Origin: Hypanus sabinus
Taxonomy: Eukaryota
Reading direction: 5' to 3'
Assembly (NCBI RefSeq): GCF_030144855.1
Contig: NC_082714.1
Span: 144,832,001 to 144,896,000, forward strand
Length of the DNA stretch: 64,000 nt
Positions 10,881-21,408 of the stretch are shown here, piece by piece. The notes beneath the pieces are model-generated. The model did no database searches and had not been told where the DNA came from. It worked only from the letters and a program-made list of their open reading frames with translations. The position numbers and the translations under genes were made by a program. Every line of letters starts with the position of its first letter. Within the stretch, counting starts at the first letter, position 1.

Positions 10881-10943
10881 GGCTCCATAGCTCAGGGGTT
10901 AGAGCACTGGTTAGGTGTCATGAGTTCAAATAAGTTCAAATCT
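10881..10943 (+). pseudogene. tRNA-Thr(UGU)-derived pseudogene lacking the anticodon loop
   Basis: GGCTCCATAGCTCAGGGGTTAGAGCACTGGT matches the 5' 31 nt of vertebrate tRNA-Thr-TGT (recalled); followed by TAGGTGTCATGAGTTCAAAT (variable loop/T arm); about 9-10 nt including the anticodon is absent and the 3' acceptor strand is lost. Confidence 0.75.
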
Positions 10944-10984
10944 GCAGAAGTTCTGCTTTAGATGAGCATCAGTAGGATATTGTA

Positions 10985-11484
10985 ATGGACAGTGTAGTGC
11001 TTAGCACAATGCTTTACAGCACAAGCAATGCTATATTGCAGCTAGAAGCATAACAATACTTGTGTGCTGCCCCCCAGCTCATCTTTGAACTGCGTTGGTC
11101 ATTGATGCAAACAGTGCATTTCACTCTGTGTTTCACTGTTTCGAAGTACTGTACATGTGACAAATAAAGCTAACCTCAAGAAGGTGGCATCCCTCATTAA
11201 GGAGATGTATTATCCCTCTTCACATTGAGGAGTGAGTGGGTAGAGGAGCCTGAAAGTGCACACTCAACGTTTTAGGAATAGCTGCCTTCCTTCTGCAATA
11301 AGATTACTGAACTGTCCATGGATCCGTGGTCAATGACCCACAATTCCTCTTATGCTCTGTTTATTTCTATTATCTTCATTATAAACTTTTAGTAATTGTT
11401 TATATATTGTGCTGAACTGCTGCTGCAAAGCAACAACTTTAATGACATATGTCAGTGATATTAAATCTGATTCAGTTTCTGATT
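10985..11484 (+). mobile_element. Internally deleted V-SINE (to ~11175) abutting a Rex1/Babar 3' fragment
   Basis: SINE head and tail as at 7165-7443; then CTCAAGAAGGTGGCATCC... to a TGATATTAAATCTGATTC tail. Confidence 0.6.
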
Positions 11485-11559
11485 TAAAGTGATCTGAGTG
11501 ACTCTAGTCAATGCAGATGGAGTTTGTTTTTAAAATTCCAAGGCATATGATTTATTGAT

Positions 11560-12033
11560 GATTGGTGTGGACTGTGGTTAATATTGGTCTCCTTCTGTGT
11601 TTTCTTTCTTGTTGCTGATTGGCCGATGGGTGATATATTACTCTTTTTGGGGACTAGGGAGGGATTGCAGATTTGAGATCTGATGTACTTGTTGGAGTTT
11701 TGCTGTGTGACCGATCTGTTAGAGTGTCGGGTGTGAGAGAGGTCGGGGGTTTGATGTTATTGTCTGTTCTTTTTTAGGAGGGGCTTGGGGGTTAGGGGTT
11801 TGATGTTTTACCTGCTATGTCGGGTGAGTGATTTGTTAGTTTTTTGCAAGGGAGGGGCTGGGTGTTTGGGGTTTGTGAGTTATACTTTTTTCGTGCGGGG
11901 AGGGGAAGGATTAATATCTTATCTTTCAATAAATCTCATGGTTTTTGTGTATTCTATGGCTATCTGGAGAAGACAGATCTCAGAGATGTATTCTGCATAC
12001 ATTCCTTGATAATAAAATGAACCTTTGAATCTT
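11560..12033 (+). mobile_element. Non-autonomous element with G/T-rich body and Rex-type tail
   Basis: Ends GATAATAAAATGAACCTTTGAATCTTT; architecture like 62348-63135. Confidence 0.5.
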
Positions 12034-12186
12034 TTTATACCTTTGATTTTCAGCATTGCAAAGGGTGAACGGAGCTCAAGAATCAGAAAACTGTGATAGA
12101 TGTTGTCTTTCTTCTTTGTCACGATTGTCAATGGCATATACATGTTAAACATGGGGAGTGCAACAGGAAGTAACATGGGGAGGGTA

Positions 12187-12665
12187 CAGTACTGTGCAAA
12201 AAGTCTTACGCACAAATATATACAGAAACTAAGGTGCCTAAGACTTTTACACAGTACTGTCTTAATTTTATGTATTGCATTATACTGCTGCAAAAAAAAA
12301 GTCATGATCTATGTGAGTAATGATAAATCTTATTCTAATATGGATCTCTTTTGTGAACAGAGAGTGGAAAGGGGGCAGGAAGAGGGGACTAATGGTTGGG
12401 AAAAGGAGAAGGAAAGGGAGTGGGAAGAACTTGTGAGACATTCTGTAATGATCAATAAACCAATTGCTTGTAATGATATTTCCTTGCCTGGTGTCTCAGG
12501 GCTGGCTATATCTGCATCTGTGCCACACCACCTCCCTGGCACTCCTTCTCTGCCAACTGTCCCATACCCCTTCTGTGGGGCTCCACCCTTGTGATTCCCA
12601 ACATTCTTTGCTCCTGCCAGATTTACCAACTTGCTCTCCACTCCACGTTGACAAATACAGTACTG
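12187..12665 (+). mobile_element. Composite Tc1-type non-autonomous element (copy 2; right hairpin collapsed)
   Basis: TA|CAGTACTGTGCAAAAAGTCTTACGCAC...GTGCCTAAGACTTTTACACAGTACTG hairpin at 12187-12259; right end reduced to TA-CAGTACTG-TA. Confidence 0.85.
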
Positions 12666-12843
12666 TAGGTTTATGAGAGAAAGAAATGTTAAAGGAATTA
12701 AGAACAGGTAACCATGCTTAAAGTAGCATTTGCTTATACTCCTAATATGTTAAATATAGTTTATAAGCTGTAAGTGAACCTGTGAATATTTACACAAATG
12801 TAAGTACAACTGGATAGTGCAGTTTGTCCATTTTACTGTGAAT

Positions 12844-13135
12844 GGGGCAGCACAATAGTGTAGTGGTTTGCGTGAAGCTTTAGAGTACAAGCAACCTAGG
12901 TTTAATTCCCACCGCAGTCTGCGAGGAGTTTGTACGTTCTCCCCATGACTACATGGGTTTCCTCCAGGAGCTCCATTTTCCTTCCACATTCCAAAGATGT
13001 ACTGGTTGGTTGGTTAATTGGTCATTGTAAATTGTCCTGTTATTATGCTAGGGTTAAATTGGGGGTTGCTGGGCAACGTGGCTCAACGGGTCGGAAGGGC
13101 CTATATTGCGCTGTGTCTCGATAAAATAAAATAAC
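12844..13135 (+). mobile_element. V-SINE, near full length
   Basis: GGGGCAGCACAATAGTGTAGTGG head; GAGTTTGTACGTTCTCCCCATGACTACATGGGTTTCCTCC V-domain; (AAATA)n tail. Confidence 0.85.
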
Positions 13136-13509
13136 AAAACAAAATATCTGTACTGTACTGTATCTGTACTGGGAAGAAAAAAGATAATTGTCTACAGGAA
13201 GTACTCTGTTTCAGTAAATAGGTATATTGTGTGATTATTTGTTTTGTTGATATCAGCATGTGTTTGAGTATTAACTCCTTGTGTAACCCATGAACACTAG
13301 CTCACTACTTTTTTTATTTCCATGCTTTGCATCATCTATTTAATTTAACTACTTAAAAAATATATAGTTACTCTGTAATTCACAGTTTTTTTTCTCTATT
13401 ATTATGTATTGCATTGAACTGCTGCTGCAAAGTTAACTAATTTCACGACAAATGCCGGTGATATTAAACCTGATTTTGATTTTAATGAATCATACCATAT
13501 CATAACCAC

Positions 13510-13636
13510 AAGATGCAGCAAATGCTGGAAATCTGGAGGAGCACGTACAAAGTGCAGGAGGAACTCAGCAGGTCAGGCAGTATCTATGAAGAGGAATAAA
13601 CAGTCGACACTTCAGGCTGAGAATCTTCGTCAGGGC
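13510..13636 (-). mobile_element. Penelope-end short element
   Basis: GCAAATGCTGGAAATCTGG...GGAGGAACTCAGCAGGTCAGGCAG...CAGTCGACACTTCAGG...TTCGTCAGG. Confidence 0.7.
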
Positions 13637-14780
13637 AAGTGTTCTGAGATTCTCGAAGATTACCACTAGTGGTCAGTAGAATCTGGGGACAACATGGCAG
13701 TTTTTCATAATGGGAAATTGCAGTGGTTGTATACATTTGAAAGAGGTTCATTTATCCTTGGATTGTTTATGTTTTAGCAGCAAAGAATCTTATGATTGAC
13801 TGAAGGTGAACAATTAGCTTGTGCCTTTTCTTTGCTCCAACACAGCAAACAAAGCTTCCTTTTTTCTCAGAGCTTGCTTGCCAGTATACCTTGTAACAGT
13901 AGAATAACTCCAGTTTTTAAACTGACAATTCCTTTAATGTCTAAAATTACAAACAACACTGAAGAGAAAACAGAGGACCATTGAGACGCAGACAAAGACA
14001 CAAAAAATCTGAATAACGAAAGAATGCATTTCACCTGCTGTTTCATCACAGAATAGATGAATAGGCACTTTACACAGGAACAAGACAATTAGGCAAGCAA
14101 AAATTAAATGCAGAGTCTGAACAGCCCCGAATTTCCAGTTAAGAGGGCAGAGATGCAGCAAATTATCGTGTTTAATGCTACAAACCAGGGTTAAATTTCT
14201 CAACAATATGCTTGTACAACATAGAAGAAAGGCTTTCAGTGAGATCTGTAAACCTGTACAAATCGTGTACAATTCCTGCTTGTTAAAAATGTAAAATCAA
14301 TATTGATTAAGATCGGTATTGGATGATAGTGTATCAGTAACCCATTTTAGTCCATGCCAGATTTCATTTTTTAAGCCAACTTCTGTCTTGACATGTACAC
14401 CAATATAATCTGTTCAGTAATGCAGATGTTCATTGAGTCATCGTATGCACTGATTTAAGGTGGGCCCTGAACTCACTCTTGAAAATTTGCTTGGAATGTG
14501 AGAACCAGGTGCAGATTTTTCGAAGGCTTAAAAAAATCCAGCTGTATTCGGATATCTTGGTGTCATTTAGCAATCTTGTTGGTTTCCTTCCCTGCCCTTG
14601 AAATGACTGCAAAAAGTACTCCCCAAGACCAGTCCTAACTAGGATAATTCTGTAATTTTTTTCGCTCTTCGGGAGAGAAGTGCTAATTTATCCAAATAAC
14701 CCGGATATTTGGCTCTATTGATGTATCATGTAACCCTGAGGTAATACTGAAGCTCTATAAAATAATGGTTAGCTCGCAAT

Positions 14781-15244
14781 TCTCCCAAGAGGATCACAAC
14801 CTTGTCATAGGGTTTGGAGACTTGCATGCCTCAATGACCCAGATAGCTACTGTATGTTGGCCAGAATCAGGGCCTTATGCTTTGGCTTTTGGAAGGGTTA
14901 TCCATGCAGTGAGTACAGGAGTTGGCAAGGGAAAAATTATACTGCACTGTTGATATCACCTCCGAGTGGACCACAACCTTGTGTGGTTTGGAGGCTGCAT
15001 ACCTCCATGATGTGGAACACCGTGTTGGCTGGAGTCAGGGCTTTATTGTTTTGGTTCTTGGTAGGGTCACCCATGCCAAAGGATAGAGGTCAGATTAAGA
15101 GTGGTCCACTGGTCCTCCAGGTTCAGGGGTTCAGCTCAGGGGTAACAACCCTGACTGGCCAGTGAAGCAATGTTCTATACAGGCAAAGATGGAGGATCTT
15201 TATTGTTGCCCTAAACACCAGCAGCATAACAAGCAGTAAATAAG
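14781..15244 (+). mobile_element. RTE-derived bipartite non-autonomous element, preceded by a second partial 5' copy
   Basis: CACAACCTTGT...GGTTTGGAG unit occurs twice (~14795, ~14972); RTE-like 3' end TTGCCCTAAACACCAGCAGCATAACAAGCAGTAAATAAG. Confidence 0.55.
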
Positions 15245-15732
15245 ATTGCATTTGGAATATTGTGTTAGTTTCCAGGTGCCTCATTATAGGAAGGATGTGG
15301 AAGCTTTAGAGAGGGTGCAGAAGAGATTTACCAGGATGCTGCCTGGACCAGACGGCATGTCTTATGAAGATAGCGAGCTAGTATTTTTTTCGCTGGAGCA
15401 AAGAAAAGGTTGGAGATGACTTGATAGAGGTGTGCAAGATGATAAGGGGCACAGACTAAGTGGACACCCAGACACCTTTTCCCAGGGTGGAAATGCCTAC
15501 TAGGAGGGTATACAATTTTAAGATGATTGGAGAATGTCAGAGGTACACAGAGAATTGTGGGTGTGTGGAATGCTTAGCCAGGCAGATACATTAGGGACTC
15601 TTAGATAGGCACATGGATGATAAAAAAAAAGGAAATCTATGTGGAAGAGAAGGGTAGGTTAAAAGTTCAGCACAACATCATCGGCTGAAGGCCTTGTGCA
15701 GTTACATTCTTAAGTACTATGTTCCATGTTCC
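15245..15732 (+). mobile_element. CR1 LINE 3' end
   Basis: GAGAGGGTGCAGAAGAGATTTACCAGGATGCTGCCTGG; (ATGTTCC)n tail. Confidence 0.85.
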
Positions 15733-16672
15733 ATATTTTCCACAAGAATTAGTAGGATCAGGATTAAGAGCTTTGGATATGAATTTTCTGTCTTAAATAA
15801 GGGCTTACTGGGGCAATATGAAGAATTCCATGCCACCGCTGTATCAAAAAGGAGCCAATTCAGAAAATTCATGACATCTACTTAGTCTGTTCGTTGTCTT
15901 TTCTATAGGTTCTGATTTAAAGACAGATTGCTAATAAGGTTGTCACCAGAGTCTGTTGTGTTGCTGCTCTCCCCTTATTTGGCAACTCATCTCACTTCTC
16001 TTTCCCTACCACTCTGTAGAACAGACCTCTGCTGCTGTGATGGGAACATTCTAGTAGATAGTACTTTCTCAAGATAACTTTCTGTTTCTGCATAATTCAA
16101 AATTTTTTGCAGATATTCACTGAAAAATAATTCCATATATTCAGAGATGTTCTTGGAATTAGTCATCAAATATTGAGCCCTCAAGATCATTTACAGTGTC
16201 CCTTTCAACTAAATTTGGATGAACGTTCTCCTGGTGAACTGTTCCCTGACATAACTTAGTCATGTGCCTTTACTTACCAATGATCTATGTATCTCCTGTA
16301 TTGTCTACACTGCATTACGTAAAATAGCCCTGTTCAAACCGATTGCTATAATTCTTCTCTTGGCCTGCCCTCTTTCTCACCTGCAATTTTGCAGATGACA
16401 CTAAAACTGGTTGTATAGTAGACAGAGAAGAAAGATATTTAAGATTACATCTAGATTTAAAGCAACTGCGAGAGTTGAGTAGCAAATAGACTTCAACTCA
16501 GGCCATTGACAAATGATGCATTTTGGGGAGCTAAACAGAAGCAGAACACACACCCTGAAGTGCAGGGTCTGGGGAATGTTATTGAACAGAGAGACCACGA
16601 GTAAAACTAAACATTTCTGTCAAAGTAGCAACAGAGGTAGACAGACACTAGAAGATGTATGTTGTGCTTGCC

Positions 16673-16955
16673 TTCAAAGTTCAAAGTGCATTCATCATCA
16701 AAGTATGTATAAATTATACAACCTTGAGATTCATCTCCTAACAGGCAGACACGAAGCAAGAACCCAAAAGAATCCAATTAAATAAAAAGACACAATGTGC
16801 AGCAAAAGGGAAAAAGATACAAATCATCCAAAACAATAAGGCAAGCAACAGCACTCTGAACCAGATTGAGTCACCAGGTCTGAGTCCCAGGGCCAGATTA
16901 GGCCCACAGACTCAGTCTCAGTTCATCATAGAGTGGGGCAAGTCACATGGCGGCA
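16673..16955 (-). mobile_element. Non-autonomous Rex-tailed element fragment
   Basis: TTCAAAGTTCAAAG...ATCAAAGTATGT... shared with 44468-45360. Confidence 0.6.
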
Positions 16956-17032
16956 AGGGCATTGAAAGAGGAGTTGAGAAATCAGCTTATAGCTGTACAA
17001 GATAGTTGTGAGACCATACTTGAAGTAGTGGA

Positions 17033-17555
17033 CAGTCAGTAGATACTTTATTAGGTACACCTGTACACCTTATTAATGCAAATATCTTATCAGCCAATCA
17101 TGTGACGGCAACTCAATGTATAACATCAAGCAAACATGGTCAAGAGTTGCAGTCAGAAAGGGGAAGAAATGTGATCTAAGTGACTTTGACTACGGAATGA
17201 TTGTTGGCAGCAGACAGGGTAGTTTGGACAGGATTGCTGACCTCTAGGGATTTTCATGCACAACAGTGTCTGGAGTTTACAAAATATGGTTTGAAAAACA
17301 GAAAGAAACATCCAGTGAGCAGCTATTCTGTGGATGGAAAATGCCTTGTTAATGACTGCGATCAGAGGAGAATGGCCAGACCAGTTCAAGCTGACAGGAA
17401 GGCAATAGAGACTCACATAACCATGCACTACAACAATGGTGTGCAGGAGAACATCTCTGAATGCACAACACATCCACCCTTGAAGTGGATGGGCTGCAGC
17501 AGCAGAAGACCAGACTAGATTCCACTCCGGTACCTAATAAGGTGACCACAAAGTG
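17033..17555 (+). mobile_element. Internally deleted Tc1 transposon
   Basis: TIRs CAGTCAGTAGATACTTTATTAGGTAC / GTACCTAATAAGGTGACCACAAAGTG; encodes degraded Tc1 HTH N-terminus (GKKCDLSDFDYGMIVG; RRMARPVQADRKA...ISECTT...MGCSSRRP); no DDE domain. Confidence 0.85.
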
Positions 17556-17968
17556 TGTACAGTTCTGGTTCCTGCACCATTAGTTTAATCACAAAGATGT
17601 GACTAAGGGAATGGAAGTGCAGAATAGATTTCTGAGGCTTGAGTTATAAGAGGGGTCTGGTTAGGCCAGGGCTGTTTTCCCTGGAGCAAAGGAGTCTAAG
17701 AGGAAATGTTGTAGAGTTTTATAAAATAATGAGAGGGCATAGATTGAGTAGATTCTGTATACCAGCTTTACTCCTGCATAAGTAAGTCTAAAGCAAGAGG
17801 CCATAGTTTTAAGGGTAAAGGGGAATAATTAAAAAGCAATCTGAGGGGCAAGTTTGTCACAGAGGTTGCTGGTATATATGGATGATCTGCAGAGGATTTT
17901 CTGGAGGGCATTAAAACACAGTATTTAAAAGACATTTTGATAGGTACATGGTTAAGAATGGTTTAGAA

Positions 17969-18041
17969 CAGAAGTTCCCAATCTTTTTTATGCCATGGAC
18001 CAATAGCAAGAGGCCTGTGAGCCCCAGGCTGGGAATCCCTG
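17969..18041. mobile_element. hAT/Charlie-type MITE (73 bp)
   Basis: TIRs CAGAAGTTCCCAA / GGGAATCCCTG; perfect 8-bp TSD GTTTAGAA at 17961-17968 and 18042-18049. Confidence 0.85.
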
Positions 18042-18622
18042 GTTTAGAAGGACATAGGTCAAATGCAGGCAAATGGGAAAGGCTTAGGTGGGCATGGTGA
18101 TCAGTATGGACCTGTTTCCATGAGGTAGAATTCTATTACTGTATGTACATAGGGTCTTGGCCACTGTAGTGATGGCCAGTTAAGTAGATGAGTGACTGGT
18201 GAAAGCAGCTTTACTTTGTGGTATTGAGAGTACAGGTTAGTTTTGGAAGGATTTTGGAAAAAGACAATTTCTCCAACTTGCTCATTACTGAGTGTTTGAA
18301 ATTTTTTTCTTCCCATCTTATTCAAAGAATTTTGCTTCTGAGGGACTCACGTTCAGTGGCTGCTGATAACTTTGATAAACTGTATAGAAACATGCCTACC
18401 AATTTCCATCTTTTTTTTTTACAGCTGCTTAGACCAACCATTGCTCTGAGAAGGAAATTTTTACACAGCCTGAAAAATGTGCAGCACCTTTAAATGTTTT
18501 TTGTAATATTCAGCATAAAAATGAAAAATAGCATACTTTTGATTTTATTTATTAATTGAAGGGTATAATAAAATACAGTTCCACAGAGAAAATCTTTTAC
18601 ATTTCATAAACTTTTTCCCACC

Positions 18623-19345
18623 TGAATTAAATTGAATTGACTTTATTTCTTATATGCTTTATATACATGAAGAGTAAAAATCTTTATGTTACATCTCCAT
18701 TCAAATGTGCAATTATAGTAATTTATTATAAATATTATGTACAACAGGATAGTCAATATAACATAGAAATACGGTTGTTTTAGCATGAATTAAGCAATCT
18801 GATGGCCTGGTGGAAGAAGATGTCACGGAGTCTGTTGGTCCTGGCTCTTATGCTGCTGTACCGTTTCCCGGATGGTAGCAGCTCGAACAGTTCGTGGTTA
18901 GGGTGACTCGGGTCCCCAGTGATCCTTCGGGTCATTTTTACACACCTGTCTTTATAAATGTCCTGAATAGTAGAAAGTTCACATCTACAGATGCGCTGGG
19001 CTGTCCACACCACTCTCTTCTGAGTCCTGCGATTGAGAGAAGTACAGTTCCCATACCAGGCAGTGATGCAGCCGGTTAGGATGCTCTCAATTGTGCTCCT
19101 GTAGAAAGTTCTTAGAATTTGGGGGGGAGGGGGGTGTACCAATCTTCTTCAACTGTCTGAGGTGAAAGAGGCGCTGTTATGCCTTTTTCACCACACAGCA
19201 GTATGCACAGACCACGTGAGACCCTCGGTGATGTTTATGCCAAGGAACTTAAAGCTGTTCACGCTCTCAACCCCAGATCCATTGACGTCTACAGGGGCTA
19301 GGCAGTCTCCATTCCTCCTGTAATCCACAACCAGCTTCTTTGTCT
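18623..19345 (-). mobile_element. Rex1/Babar LINE 3' portion
   Basis: ORFs 18780-19142 (FYRSTIESILTGCITAWYGNC...LLPSGKRY...FFHQAIRLLN) and 19188-19403 (KTKKLVVDYR, FKFLGINI). Confidence 0.9.
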
Positions 19346-21408
19346 TTATCCCAGCTGTGTGGTGACAAAGGCTATGTGTGTGTGAGCATTGAAGTGACTG
19401 CACGGCTGTGCACCCACACAGCTTAGAGGGAAGAGGGGGCCCTTTAGCCCACCAAATCTGTATCCACCCTTAAACATCCTTACGCTAATCCTACAATGAC
19501 CCATTTCATTCTCCCCTCATTTCTATAAACATTCCCCTGGATTCACTCAAATACACACTAGTGCAATTTGCCATGATCATTTAACCTAGAAACCCACATT
19601 TCATCGTGGTCGCGCACACAATGTACATTGACTGCATCAGAGGTCAGGACTGAACCATGCTCACTGGAACAGAGAGCTAGGACCTAGCTGTAACACTGTC
19701 TAGTAAGATTATACATGTCACACTGAAATAGTGTGGATCTGGGGTGGTGGAAAAACTGTGTGAAAACATGTGGTAGAAGAACAGAAGAAAACAGAGTGAA
19801 ATGTGGTAAAATTAGTTTTTGTGGAGGTTTGGGTGAGAAGTTTTGGCAGTTGTGTTGAATTCATTTTTCATGGTCTGAGTTAGCAGCGTTACCTTTGCAC
19901 ACCCTGTGAGGTCACTAGGCCTTCTGCGTCCTGCTTTGGCATGATGGTAACTTCAGAATGATTAATTCCACAAGGTATTGCCCCTGCACAATCAGAATGC
20001 CTTCCCCCATTAAAAACGCACAGTACATTTGTATAACGTGGGCAATGTGTGAGCTGTCAATGAAGCCCACCTATCCAATGCTGACTAAGCAATGGAACAA
20101 CGTTTTAGGAAGTGGGTTGCATGAGGAACGTTTGGAGGTTTGACAGGCCCGTTTTCATGCTGTATGATTCAATCACTGGGAAACTAGCCCAGAACAACCT
20201 TCCCCTCTTCATTTGTTACCTTTTATGAGCTACCCACCCTTAAAAGCTATAGTATTACAAACCTTTCATTTTACTGGAGCTGATAGACCACAATAGCTCT
20301 CTGGCATGTAATATCTTACCACCATTCACTTCGTCAACCCCACGAGACAGGTTTTACTTCTAGATTTGAAATGGTCTTATGCTCTGAACTCAATCTTTAT
20401 TGGAGAGAAGTCTGGAAGCATCTGAACTCAGTTCACTCATAACCTTTAATAATAGGTAGGATCAGTCCTTCATCTGCTCTCCAGAGACTGCTGTCAAAGC
20501 CATGTCTCCTGAGAGGCAGGACCAAATAAGCTGCTGCCAGTACAGGAAATGGATCACATTATGCTTTAGGAAATACAGATATGAATTACCATGCATTTGC
20601 TCAGAAAAATTGTTTAACATGTTTTAAATGGGCCTTAGGGTAACAGAAATCAAGATTTATTGCACTGACTTGCTCAATTAACATTTGGATAAGGTCAGTG
20701 GAATATTATTTTGCTGTAGCATACTGTGTTCTATTGAAGTCATTTAAATGTGATGATAACTAAGTACTAGGGACTACATTCAAATTGTTGTCTCACTGAA
20801 AAACTATGCAACGACTGTAGATAAATTGGATTAATTTGAAGGATCATTTGCCGCTGCTTGCAACAACGTTTGAGCGCTTGTATGCAAACATTCACAAAAA
20901 GGTACAGAATTAAAAGCAGTTACCTTTTGCTTTTAAGTGCAATGCAAAGCAATCATTTACTACATTACAGGGGTATCTACAGAATGCAAAAGTATTATGC
21001 AGTAGATATTTAAAGTCTAAAATACAGTAAAAAACAGAAAATGCTAGCAATACTCAGCAGGTTAGGCAGCATCCATAGAGAGGGAGAAATTGACTTTGCA
21101 TCAAATTGGTGAAAAGGTATTGATCTGTTAACAGTAACTGTAGGGTAAAGTATTCTCTTAGCCACAAGTTTATCTACATATATCTGTGAATTTACAGTGT
21201 TTCATACTTTTGTTTTGTTAATTCTTAACTTTATAAATTTGCAAAGAGAAATACTTAGTTAAAAATTATTGAAAGTGCTTAGTAGTGATTCAGATATTTT
21301 CTTTAAATTCTCCTGTATGGATATTGGCTTTTAGTACCTTAGGCCTTCACATGCTTTGAGGAGAAAATAAGAAAATGTTAGGCAAGGCAGCAACTATAAT
21401 TAAGTATA

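Larger units (their letters stand above)
16405..18140 (+). mobile_element. Old CR1 LINE with nested insertions (16673-16955, 17033-17555, 17969-18041)
   Basis: TTTGCAGATGACACTAAA (FADDTK) start, MHFGELN, colinear CR1 3' region between the inserts. Confidence 0.7.

Noticed and set aside
12100-12594. 164-aa ORF and similar ORFs at 35194, 60347 and 6515
   Set aside because: Chance frames across the composite element; the frames are not preserved between copies
19346-19435. Possible hAT MITE half ending GCTTAGAGGGAA
   Set aside because: Only one putative TIR and no TSD visible
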